Below are positions 30,114 through 38,610 of a stretch of DNA of 64,000 nt, piece after piece; the stretch's first letter is position 1, and every line of letters begins with the position of its first letter. The stretch is from Alphaproteobacteria bacterium (GTDB lineage Bacteria > Pseudomonadota > Alphaproteobacteria > UBA828). The stretch is taken from the NCBI GenBank assembly GCA_965214705.1, contig OZ243972.1:1088001-1152000 (forward strand), written 5' to 3'. The translations under genes were made by a program, and so were the position numbers. The notes beneath the pieces are model-generated. The model ran no database searches and was not told where the DNA came from. It was given only the letters and a program-made list of their open reading frames with translations.

Positions 30114-31724
30114 ATGAACAAGATCGCGATCAAGACGCTCGACGAGTTGGAAGACCGACAGCCGGCCTACGCGCTGGTCGGCGAGGTCGATCTCTGTGTC
30201 GTGCGCTACGACGATAACGTCTCGGTCTTCTACGGCCGCTGCCTGCACCGGGGCGCGCTCATGGCCGACGGCTACGTCGACGGCGAGAACCTGATCTGCG
30301 GCGTCCACTATTGGGACTACCGCCTCGATACCGGTGTCAGCGAATACAACAACGAGGAAATCCTGCCCAAGTTCGCGTCGTGGATTGAGGACGGCCAGGT
30401 CCTGGTCGATGCGGACGAGATCGGCGCTTGGGAGGAGGACCATCCGCAGCCCTTCAAGCGGGGCGAGTACCTCGGCCTCTACGCCGACACCCACCCCGCG
30501 GCCGAGGAGCCCCACGTTGGGCTGATCCAGGGCTACGCCAAGGACGGTCTCAGCAAGACTGGCCATCATGGCGTCGTGGTGGCCATGGGCGTGCCGCGCC
30601 AGGACCTGCCGAGCTGGGACGATATCCAGTTCATCACGGCGCAACTCCACCGCATGCCGCACCTGGATGACGAGCCTGTCGCCACCGAGGTGGTGATCGG
30701 CCCCAACGCCCAAAAACCGCTCACCCTCGGGATTCCGCTCCTGGTCTCGGACATGAGTTTTGGGGCGCTCTCGGAGCCCGCCAAGGTCTCGCTCGCGCGC
30801 GGCGCCGAGCTTTCCGGCACCGGCATCTGCTCGGGCGAGGGCGGCATGCTGCCGGAGGAGCAGCAGGCGTGCAGCCGCTACTTCTACGAGTATGCCTCGG
30901 GCCGCTTCGGCTTCTCCTGGGACAAGCTGGAGAACGTCCAAGCCTTCCATTTCAAGGGCGGTCAGGGCGCCAAGACCGGCACCGGCGGGCATCTGCCGGG
31001 CAACAAGGTGAGGGGCAAGATCGCCGAGGTGCGGGGGCTGCCGGAAGGCTCGCCGGCGGTCTCGCCGCCGCGCTTCCCGGACTGGACCGACTGGCGCCAG
31101 GTGCGGGACTTCGCCGACGAGGTGCGCAGCCATACCGGCGGCATCCCGATCGGCTATAAGCTCTCGGCCCAGCACATCGAGAAGGACATCGACGCTGCGC
31201 TCGAGGTCGGCGTCGATTACATTATCCTGGATGGCCGGGGCGGCGGCACGGGCGCTGCGCCGCTCATCTTCCGCGACAACATCTCGGTGCCGACCATCCC
31301 GGCGCTGGCGCGGGCGCGCCGCCATCTGGACGCGTCCGAGCGCCAGGACGTGACGCTGGTGATCACGGGGGGCCTGCGCAAGCCCGCCGATTTCGCCAAG
31401 GCGCTGGCGCTCGGCGCGGATGCGGTCGCGGTTTCCAACGCCGCGATCCAGGCGATCGGCTGCCTCGGCATGCGCGCCTGCCACACCAACAACTGCCCGG
31501 TCGGTATCGCGACCCAGAAGCCGAGTCTGACCGCGCGGATCGAGGTCGAGAAGTCGGCGCGGCGCCTTGCCAACTTCTTCGAGGCGAGCGTCGAGCTGAT
31601 GAAGATCATGGCGCGTGCCTGTGGGCATTCGCACCTGAACCAGCTCGCGCTCGACGATCTCGAGACCTGGAAAGAGGATATGGCGCGGCTGTCGGGCGTC
31701 GCCTACGGCGGCGTCGGCGGCTAA
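30114..31724 (+). CDS. Rieske domain fused to a glutamate-synthase FMN-binding domain
   Basis: Rieske CLH..CGVH; SDMSFGALS, SGEGG, KGGQGAKTGTGG, DGRGGGTGAAP; CLGMRACHTNNC ([3Fe-4S]-type); no amidotransferase domain. Confidence 0.88.
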   Translation: MNKIAIKTLDELEDRQPAYALVGEVDLCVVRYDDNVSVFYGRCLHRGALMADGYVDGENLICGVHYWDYRLDTGVSEYNNEEILPKFASWIEDGQVLVDADEIGAWEEDHPQPFKRGEYLGLYADTHPAAEEPHVGLIQGYAKDGLSKTGHHGVVVAMGVPRQDLPSWDDIQFITAQLHRMPHLDDEPVATEVVIGPNAQKPLTLGIPLLVSDMSFGALSEPAKVSLARGAELSGTGICSGEGGMLPEEQQACSRYFYEYASGRFGFSWDKLENVQAFHFKGGQGAKTGTGGHLPGNKVRGKIAEVRGLPEGSPAVSPPRFPDWTDWRQVRDFADEVRSHTGGIPIGYKLSAQHIEKDIDAALEVGVDYIILDGRGGGTGAAPLIFRDNISVPTIPALARARRHLDASERQDVTLVITGGLRKPADFAKALALGADAVAVSNAAIQAIGCLGMRACHTNNCPVGIATQKPSLTARIEVEKSARRLANFFEASVELMKIMARACGHSHLNQLALDDLETWKEDMARLSGVAYGGVGG

Positions 31725-31957
31725 GGGGGACCCACGCCCGCACTGGCAGGTGCCACAAACACCTCACGAACGCCTCGTTCGCAGTCGGAATCTCTGTACA
31801 CTGCACTGCCGTTGCATCTAAAATCGAAGTCGCTTATTCATGGGTTGAAAAGCACGTAAATTTGCATTGTGTCATATGAGATAAAGCACAAACGAACCAG
31901 AGAAACATCCAATGACATGGAGTATACTGCACGTCCACTCCCGTAGATACTCGAGCG

Positions 31958-33139
31958 ATGTCCGATCAAAACCAAATTGATGTAGACGAGTTAAGGAAAA
32001 GACGCGTACCTTGCGTTGTTTCTTTTCTGCACCCATTTCGAATTGTAAATGATTCTGAATCTCCCGACTGGTGCGTCTCGCTGGATCAAGTAAACACTGC
32101 GACATGGGATTATGTCGCTTTGCATGAGATGGTCGGCGGAATCGATGTCGGCCTTGAATCTCCGTATCATATGGTCGTGTGCCGCGATGGCGGCATTGCG
32201 CTGCCATTGATTCCCGAACTCCGGGAGAACCAAGCTGCCGTTGAGTTCTTCAATCGGTGTTTGGCCTCCATTTTGCTGGGAGGGGTCTATTGCGAGGCGA
32301 TTACATCTGACGGTCTTGATTTCGGATCAGTCCTGGATTGGAAATATGTGCGTGTGGCTAGTTGCGCCTCGGCGGCTGCCAATCGATTCCACTTTCTGAT
32401 TCGGGGTCAACATGCTTCTCCAGTGGAAGCGATTGCGCTCGAAGAGCCCAGACAGATTTCGATCGAAGAGCTTGCGAAGGCAGCGCACAAGGGACGCCTT
32501 GTGTTGGAAAACGCCCCAGGCGTTGGCGGCGAATTCTTGCTTAAGGGCGTTACAAGTTACGCGCGGAGAGACTGGGGAACAGCACTCGCCAATTTATGGA
32601 TTGTCGTTGAGCAACTTACATCCCATCTTTGGTCTGAGAGAGTTATAGGACCGGCCAGACAGTCGCAAGTTATTGACGGTCGAATTGATGGCCTTAAAGA
32701 TAACAGGACCTGGACGATCTCTACACGCCACGAAATGTTGTTTCAGACGAATGTTCTCGATGCAGAACTTTACGCGTCTCTTATAGTGGCGAGGAAATCG
32801 AGAAACCAACTATCGCATGACGGGAGGCATCCTAGCGAGAGTGGCGCTACCGCTGCCATATCTTCTGTGAAAAACCTACTACAAGTATTGCTTCCGGGTC
32901 TCGAAATCCCGTTTGTCGACATGGATCTAAGCGATCATGCGATTTCTGATCCCTTTAGGCCTATAGAAACTCCATTATTGAGTCCGAAATATTGGATGGA
33001 TATAAGGAAGCTTCCTGGGGAAACTGAACTCGAAAAACTAGACCCAAGTTGGCACTTTTCCGCTGCCTGTGTTCCCTATTGGTTTGATTCAACGCGATAT
33101 TTTTCTCGGTCGATTCCAACATGGCCCCACATTTTGTGA
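31958..33139 (+). CDS. AT-richer HEPN-motif protein; native C-terminus displaced by an IS
   Basis: Helical C-terminal half WGTALANLWIVVEQ...RKSRNQLSH (RxxxxH); codons from 33043 onward are IS-derived. Confidence 0.7.
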   Translation: MSDQNQIDVDELRKRRVPCVVSFLHPFRIVNDSESPDWCVSLDQVNTATWDYVALHEMVGGIDVGLESPYHMVVCRDGGIALPLIPELRENQAAVEFFNRCLASILLGGVYCEAITSDGLDFGSVLDWKYVRVASCASAAANRFHFLIRGQHASPVEAIALEEPRQISIEELAKAAHKGRLVLENAPGVGGEFLLKGVTSYARRDWGTALANLWIVVEQLTSHLWSERVIGPARQSQVIDGRIDGLKDNRTWTISTRHEMLFQTNVLDAELYASLIVARKSRNQLSHDGRHPSESGATAAISSVKNLLQVLLPGLEIPFVDMDLSDHAISDPFRPIETPLLSPKYWMDIRKLPGETELEKLDPSWHFSAACVPYWFDSTRYFSRSIPTWPHIL

Positions 33140-35202
33140 GATTCTGTCAGCTCATCAGACGGGTCCTCGTGCGGTGGATGGCGGGGTCCACGCCCGCCGC
33201 CGAGGAGATTGCGGCAACCTCGGCGGCCGGGCGCGTGTCCTGGCGGTTGACGATCAAGGTGCCGTCGGTCTGGCGCAGGCGCGTGGTGATCCGCACCCAG
33301 GTCCGCATGCTCTCGCGGATCGACGCCCAGCACTTGTGGATGCCGCGCGCGGCCAGCCGGGTACGGATCAGATGCACGGCGTGGTAGGCCAGCACGGCGA
33401 TCAGCAGGTGGGCCGCGATGCGCCGGTCGAGCTGGTGCCAGATCGGGCGAAGGCCGAGCTCGGATTTCAGGCTCCGGAATGTCGCCTCGATATCCGTGAT
33501 CCGCCAGTACGTCCGCAGGACCGTCTCGATGTCCCAGTCGACGTGGCTGGTGCGCAGCACATAGGCACCGGCGCCCTCATCGGCCTCGTCGTATCGCGGC
33601 CTGCGCTTGAAGCGCACGGCGGTGGCATTGGGGCCGGTTTTCGCCCTCTCGACCGTGATCTCGTAGTGCCTGGCGACGGCGGAGAAGCGCTGCTTGAGGC
33701 GGCCTATGCTCTCCAGCACCTTGTCGTAGCGCTTGAGGCGGCCCTTGACCGGGAGGCCGCCGTGGAGCCTTTCCAGCGCCGCCTCGAAGCGGTTCCGCCT
33801 CAGGCCGATGATCGCGTTCTCGGCCTTCTTCTTGCCCTCGCTGACGACGTAGAGCCGCGCCTCGCCGTCCTCGCTGGCAAGCCGCCAGGCCCGCACCTCG
33901 TGGCGCGCGCTGGTGATCAGCAGGGCCTCGGGTCCGCCCTCGGGCGGCGCAGGCCTGGCACCGCGGCTGACCGCGATCCAGTCGTAGCCCTGCTCGCCCA
34001 GCCACGCGATGTTTTTCTCGGTGGCGATGCCCGCGTCCATGACCACCGTGGGCTTCGGCGCCGTGCCGCCGCACACCGCCTCGAGCCGCGCCAGCGCCTC
34101 GTGCAGCGTGCCCGGCTCGCTCACGTTGCCCGGCAGGATCTCGCAACTGCGCGGGAAGCCCGCGCCGTCGAGCGCCAGCGCCAGCGTGATGAGGGGACAG
34201 TCGTCGCGCTTCTGCTTGGAGCGCCCGAACCTGGGAAGCTCGCCGCCCGTGTGGCCGTGGTAGTGGACGTTGGTGAGATCGTAGAAGGCGATCGTCTCGG
34301 GCAGGTCGAGCAGTGCGCGCTCACGGTTGAACAGCTCCCGCTGGATGGCGGCGCGGTGGCGCCAGAGCAGGTCGCCGATGCGGTAGAGCGTCTTGCGCCG
34401 CAGCGCCTTGCGGTCGCCCTCCAGGCCCAGGAGCTCGGCGGCCGCGCTGTCGTGGCGGAGCCAGCGGCTGGTATCACGCTCGCTGGCGGGATGGACCATC
34501 CTGGCGACGATCAGCGCGCTGGCGATGCGCCCGTCGCGGCCCTTGATGTCGAGGCCGTGGAGGATTTCGGCGAAGCCGAGGGCGTCGAGGGCCTTGAGGC
34601 ACAGGCGCTCGCAGCCGACCGTGCGCGGGTTCTCGTGCTCCAGGGTATCGAGGTCGACGGTGGCGATGTCGGGCTTGCGCGCCTCTTCCTGCATCGCCTC
34701 GACGCGGAACCCCCTGGCCCTGAGCTTGGCGACGATGTCCTCGGCTGCGGCCCGCACATCCGCCTCGCCCTCGAACAGCGGCGGCTTGCCGTGAAGCAGC
34801 GCCTCGGCGAGTTCGGTGACGGCCTTCCACTTCTCGCGCGGCACCGGATAGTCGGTGCCGAGATTGAGCAGCGTCCTGTGGCGCACCTTGTCGCCGACGC
34901 GCTGGGCGAGCACGAGGCGATGGCTTCGGACCGGCTGGCCGGCCTTGTCGGTGTGTGTCCTGGTTGCCTTGATGTACATGGCGGCGCCGTTTCTGCGATG
35001 CCTGTTTCGCATACACGGCGTTCGCGGCATCTGGCAAGAGGGATATCGACTCAACTCCAAAGTCCTGGCCCCACAATTGGCTTCCAGGACCACGAATGGC
35101 AAATGTGGGTCTCAGGTGTCCTCCAACCCCAACATCTAGTGGTTCAGCGCCGCAAAACTGGCTCGAACAGGCTCGGCTGGTCGGAAAAAGTGCCAACTTG
35201 GG
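33043..35202 (-). mobile_element. IS1634-family insertion sequence, 2160 bp
   Basis: Terminal IRs CCCAAGTTGGCACTTTT / AAAAGTGCCAACTTGGG; TAGA duplicated at 33039-33042 and 35203-35206. Confidence 0.9.
33147..34979 (-). CDS. IS1634-family DDE transposase
   Basis: MYIKAT..LLNLG, FYDLTNVHY, FGRSKQKRDDCP, VVMDAGI, IEATFRSLKSELGLRPIWH. Confidence 0.9.
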   Translation of the reverse strand: MYIKATRTHTDKAGQPVRSHRLVLAQRVGDKVRHRTLLNLGTDYPVPREKWKAVTELAEALLHGKPPLFEGEADVRAAAEDIVAKLRARGFRVEAMQEEARKPDIATVDLDTLEHENPRTVGCERLCLKALDALGFAEILHGLDIKGRDGRIASALIVARMVHPASERDTSRWLRHDSAAAELLGLEGDRKALRRKTLYRIGDLLWRHRAAIQRELFNRERALLDLPETIAFYDLTNVHYHGHTGGELPRFGRSKQKRDDCPLITLALALDGAGFPRSCEILPGNVSEPGTLHEALARLEAVCGGTAPKPTVVMDAGIATEKNIAWLGEQGYDWIAVSRGARPAPPEGGPEALLITSARHEVRAWRLASEDGEARLYVVSEGKKKAENAIIGLRRNRFEAALERLHGGLPVKGRLKRYDKVLESIGRLKQRFSAVARHYEITVERAKTGPNATAVRFKRRPRYDEADEGAGAYVLRTSHVDWDIETVLRTYWRITDIEATFRSLKSELGLRPIWHQLDRRIAAHLLIAVLAYHAVHLIRTRLAARGIHKCWASIRESMRTWVRITTRLRQTDGTLIVNRQDTRPAAEVAAISSAAGVDPAIHRTRTRLMS

Positions 35203-35306
35203 TAGAGGCGGAAGCAGGACGGAGAGGGCGCGAGCCTGGGGGCACACGCACCGAACAAGGGGCTCTCCTCGGTGGCGCAGGCCGGAACCGCGGCGGGTGA
35301 CGGGCG

Positions 35307-36365
35307 CTAAAGGCTTTTCGCAAACTCTTTGTTTGCAGCCGGTATCTCGGGAACGGTCCCCAGGTAGGCGTGGCGGGACATGTCCGGCGAGTGCCTGCTC
35401 GCCGGCGGCTGGCGGCCGAGCGCTTCCGCCATGCTGCGGATGTGGTGAGGGGCCGCGCCGCAACAAACGCCGAGATAGTTGATGCCGAGCGCCTGCGCCT
35501 CTCTGGTGAACTCCGCGATCTCGTAGCGGTTGCAGGCGAGGTTATCGAGCCCGGTGGGGAAGGCGCATCCCTCGGGCAGGCAGGCGCAGCCAGGATCGCT
35601 GAGGGAGAGGAAGGTCGGCTCGTCCTCAGTGGTGCGATAGGCCACCGGCAGCGCGGAGACGTGGCAGCTCACCGCTTCGTGGATCGGGCCCAGCAACGGC
35701 AGCATGGTCGCGGGGCCGCGCACGCAGTTGAGGCCGACCACGTCGGCGCCCGCGTCCTCCAGTCGCTTGCAAGCTTCGGCCGGGGTCAGTCCCTCGCGGG
35801 TGTGCGGGTCGCGGAAGATGGCGAGGTTGATCACCGCCGGCAGCCCGGTCTCTTTGATCGCTTCGAGCGCGAGCAGAGCCTCGCCCACGTGGCTGATGGT
35901 CTCGGCGACGAAGAAGTCCACGCCCTCATCGACGGCCCAGCCCACCTGCTCATCGAACATGGCGCGCACAGTCCGCGCGGACTCGGGATCGCCTTCGACG
36001 AAGATGTTGGAATTGCTGACGTTGCCGGCGACCAGGGCATTGCCTTCCTCCGCGACCGACCGCGCAAGGCGGACCGCGGTGCGGTTCATTTGCTCAAGCT
36101 GGTCCTCCTTGCCGATCAGCCTGAGCTTCTCGCGATGGGCGTAATAGGTGAAGGCCAGCATGACGTCCGAGCCCGCGTGCAGGAATTCGCGATGCAGCTG
36201 GATTACGGCGTCAGGATGTTCCAGCACTGCTTCGGGCACGTAGGCGCCGGCGGTGAGATAGCCGCGGCGCTCAATCTCGAACAGATAGCCCTCGGCGCAA
36301 ATGACGGGTCCTGCCGCCAGCCATTCGAGCAGACCCGATCCGATAGGCGGAGCAGCGCGGGTCAT
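35307..36365 (-). CDS. Homocysteine S-methyltransferase (betaine-homocysteine type), copy 2
   Basis: GPVICAEGYLFEIERRGY, Zn ligands GLNC and GVCCG; AAGGAG RBS; 352 aa. Confidence 0.9.
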   Translation of the reverse strand: MTRAAPPIGSGLLEWLAAGPVICAEGYLFEIERRGYLTAGAYVPEAVLEHPDAVIQLHREFLHAGSDVMLAFTYYAHREKLRLIGKEDQLEQMNRTAVRLARSVAEEGNALVAGNVSNSNIFVEGDPESARTVRAMFDEQVGWAVDEGVDFFVAETISHVGEALLALEAIKETGLPAVINLAIFRDPHTREGLTPAEACKRLEDAGADVVGLNCVRGPATMLPLLGPIHEAVSCHVSALPVAYRTTEDEPTFLSLSDPGCACLPEGCAFPTGLDNLACNRYEIAEFTREAQALGINYLGVCCGAAPHHIRSMAEALGRQPPASRHSPDMSRHAYLGTVPEIPAANKEFAKSL

Positions 36366-36428
36366 TGAGGCGATCTCCTTGTTCGCGATGGCCGCGCGGT
36401 CGGGAGCCCCGCGCGCGGGTGACAAGTG

Positions 36429-37487
36429 CTACAGGTTCTCCGCAAAATCCTTGTACACAGACGGGACCTTGTCCGAGGTGCCATAGAAGGCGTGTACGGA
36501 CATGTCGGGCGAGTACTTGCTCCCCGGCGGGCGGCGGCCTAGCGCCTCCGCCATGCTGCGGATGTGGTGGGGGGACGTGCCGCAGCAAACGCCGAGATAG
36601 TTGACGCCGAGCGCCTGCGCCTCCTTGGTGAATTCCTCGATCTCGTAGCGGTTGACGGTGAAAGGATCGAGCGCGGTGGGGAAAGGCTTCTCCCGCGGCA
36701 GGCAGGCGCAATCGGGATCCTCCAGGGACTGGAAAGTCGGCTGGTCGGCGGTGGTGCGGTAGGCCACCGGCAGCGCCGCCACGTGACAACTGACCGCCTC
36801 GCGAATGGGGCCGAGCAGCGGCAGCATGGAGGCCGGACCGCGCGCGCAGTTGAGCCCGACCACGTCGGCCCCCGCGTCTTCCAGGCGCTTTGCCGCTTCG
36901 GCCAAGCTCAATCCGTCCCGCGTGTGCGGGTCACGGTGGACCGCGAGGTTGATTACCGCCGTCTGGTCGGCCGCCTTGATCGCTTCGAGCGCGAGCAGGG
37001 CCTCGCCGACGAAGGAAATGGTCTCGGCAACGATATAGTCCACGCCTTCATCGACGGCCCACTCCACCTGCTCGTCGAACATCGCGCGCACCTCGCGGGC
37101 GGACTCGGCGTCGCCCTCGACATAGATGTTGGAGTTGGACACGTTGCCGGCGACCAGCGCGTCGCTCCCGGCTGCGGCCTCTCGCGCGAGGCGGAGCGCG
37201 GTGCGGTTCAACTCCTCGAGCGCGTCTTCCTTGCCGATCACCCGGAGCTTTTCGCGATGGGCGTAGTAGGTGAAGGCGAGCATGACGTCGGAGCCCGCGT
37301 ACAGGAAGTCGCGATGCAATTGGGCCACGACCTCCGGATGGTCGAGCACCGCTTCCGGCACGTAGGCGCCGGCGGAGAGATAGCCGCGGCGCTCGATCTC
37401 GAACAGATAGCCCTCGGCGCAGATGACGGGCCCTGCTGCCAGCCGCTCAAGAAGGTCCGCTCCGCTCGACACTGCGGAGTCAGTCAT
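36429..37487 (-). CDS. Homocysteine S-methyltransferase (betaine-homocysteine type), copy 1
   Basis: Same motifs as copy 2; 352 aa; GGAGG RBS. Confidence 0.9.
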   Translation of the reverse strand: MTDSAVSSGADLLERLAAGPVICAEGYLFEIERRGYLSAGAYVPEAVLDHPEVVAQLHRDFLYAGSDVMLAFTYYAHREKLRVIGKEDALEELNRTALRLAREAAAGSDALVAGNVSNSNIYVEGDAESAREVRAMFDEQVEWAVDEGVDYIVAETISFVGEALLALEAIKAADQTAVINLAVHRDPHTRDGLSLAEAAKRLEDAGADVVGLNCARGPASMLPLLGPIREAVSCHVAALPVAYRTTADQPTFQSLEDPDCACLPREKPFPTALDPFTVNRYEIEEFTKEAQALGVNYLGVCCGTSPHHIRSMAEALGRRPPGSKYSPDMSVHAFYGTSDKVPSVYKDFAENL

Positions 37488-37500
37488 GGGGCAACCCTCC

Positions 37501-38508
37501 TTATTCGTATCTACCGGCCGGGCCGGGATGTAGCGGTGAATCCTTCACCCGCCAGAGAAAGCGCCGCACGATATCGCCGTAGCCAGCGAACAGGAAGGCG
37601 CCATTATCGGCGAGCACGCGCTCCCGCTCCGCCCTGTAGACATGGGGCAGGTCGTACCAGGCGATGCCGGGCCGCTCGTGATGGAGCGCATGAAAATTGT
37701 TGCCGAGGAAGAGCAGCCTCATCAGCAGGCCGGCCTCCACGATGACCGTGCGCTGGGCCTGCTCCGCCGCAGGTCGATGCTCGGTGTAGGAGCGTAGCAG
37801 GATCAGTCCGGTGCCCGGATAGACGTAGAGCATCACGTAGGCCCAGAGCGGGATGCCGCAGACGACCAGCACCCAGGCCAGCACCAGCGCCGTCAGCACC
37901 GCGTGCGTGGCCCAGATCTGAACGCATCCCGGCTCGCCGCGGATGAGCCGCGTGCCTTCCTCCCGCCAGAAGGCGAGAATCGTCAGCGCCGGACCGAGCA
38001 GCAGCCGGCCCGCCAGCGTGTTGTGGACCCGGAGCAGAGCCCTGTAGATCGGCCCGATGCGCTGCCAGCGCGCTGGCTCCAGGTAGAAGCTCTCGGTATC
38101 CGCCAGCGGGTCCGTGAGGTGCGGCGTGGCATGGTGCGAAAGATGACGGCTGCGGTAGAGGGGAAAGGGCAGCCAGAGCGCGAGCGGCGCCACGGCGAGC
38201 GCGGTGTTGACCCAAGGCCGGCGTGTGGGATGGCCGTGGATGATCTCGTGCTGCAGGCCGCCGTGCCAGCCGACCAACCAGCCGCCCAATGGCAGGACCA
38301 GCCACCAGGGCAGCGCATGGTGGTACCAGGTGAGCGCCAGCCAGCCGCCATAGACCGCCGCCGCCACGAGCCAAGTCGGCCCCTCGATGCGGCGCCAGAG
38401 GACAGGGAGGTCCGCTTGAGCGAGGGGATTGTCGAGGTTTCGTACCACGGTGACCCGGCTGTGGCGGCGACTTCGGTCTACTCTGTGACCCGTCTTGCGG
38501 TGAGACAA
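37501..38508 (-). CDS. Fatty acid desaturase-family membrane diiron enzyme
   Basis: His boxes HEIIH, HLSHH, EH, HALHH; TM helices; start uncertain. Confidence 0.88.
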   Translation of the reverse strand: MSHRKTGHRVDRSRRHSRVTVVRNLDNPLAQADLPVLWRRIEGPTWLVAAAVYGGWLALTWYHHALPWWLVLPLGGWLVGWHGGLQHEIIHGHPTRRPWVNTALAVAPLALWLPFPLYRSRHLSHHATPHLTDPLADTESFYLEPARWQRIGPIYRALLRVHNTLAGRLLLGPALTILAFWREEGTRLIRGEPGCVQIWATHAVLTALVLAWVLVVCGIPLWAYVMLYVYPGTGLILLRSYTEHRPAAEQAQRTVIVEAGLLMRLLFLGNNFHALHHERPGIAWYDLPHVYRAERERVLADNGAFLFAGYGDIVRRFLWRVKDSPLHPGPAGRYE

Positions 38509-38543
38509 CGTGGGAATTCACTCGCTTCGTCATACCGTGCGTC

Positions 38544-38557
38544 AATTCTCAAGAATT
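38544..38557. promoter_or_regulatory. Candidate operator between desaturase and XRE regulator
   Basis: Palindrome AATTCT-CA-AGAATT in the AT-rich divergent gap. Confidence 0.35.
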
Positions 38558-38610
38558 TGTGATAGTTTGCACTGAATGATGATTTTCTCCTCAATGTGGG
38601 GAATTAGCGC

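Noticed and set aside
31725-33042. HEPN gene as an integron cassette or prophage remnant
   Set aside because: No attC-like ends, integrase or phage genes seen
35225-35275. GAGGAG plus TTG on the minus strand after methyltransferase copy 2, suggesting a third gene
   Set aside because: The following codons resemble nothing and overlap the HEPN tail on the other strand
33069-35300. 743-aa + strand ORF spanning the IS
   Set aside because: Antisense shadow of the transposase; only its last ~30 codons are meaningful, as the displaced tail of the HEPN gene
37488-37500. SAM riboswitch expected upstream of the homocysteine methyltransferases
   Set aside because: Only 13 nt separate it from the desaturase; no SAM-II/V consensus recognised there or upstream of the desaturase
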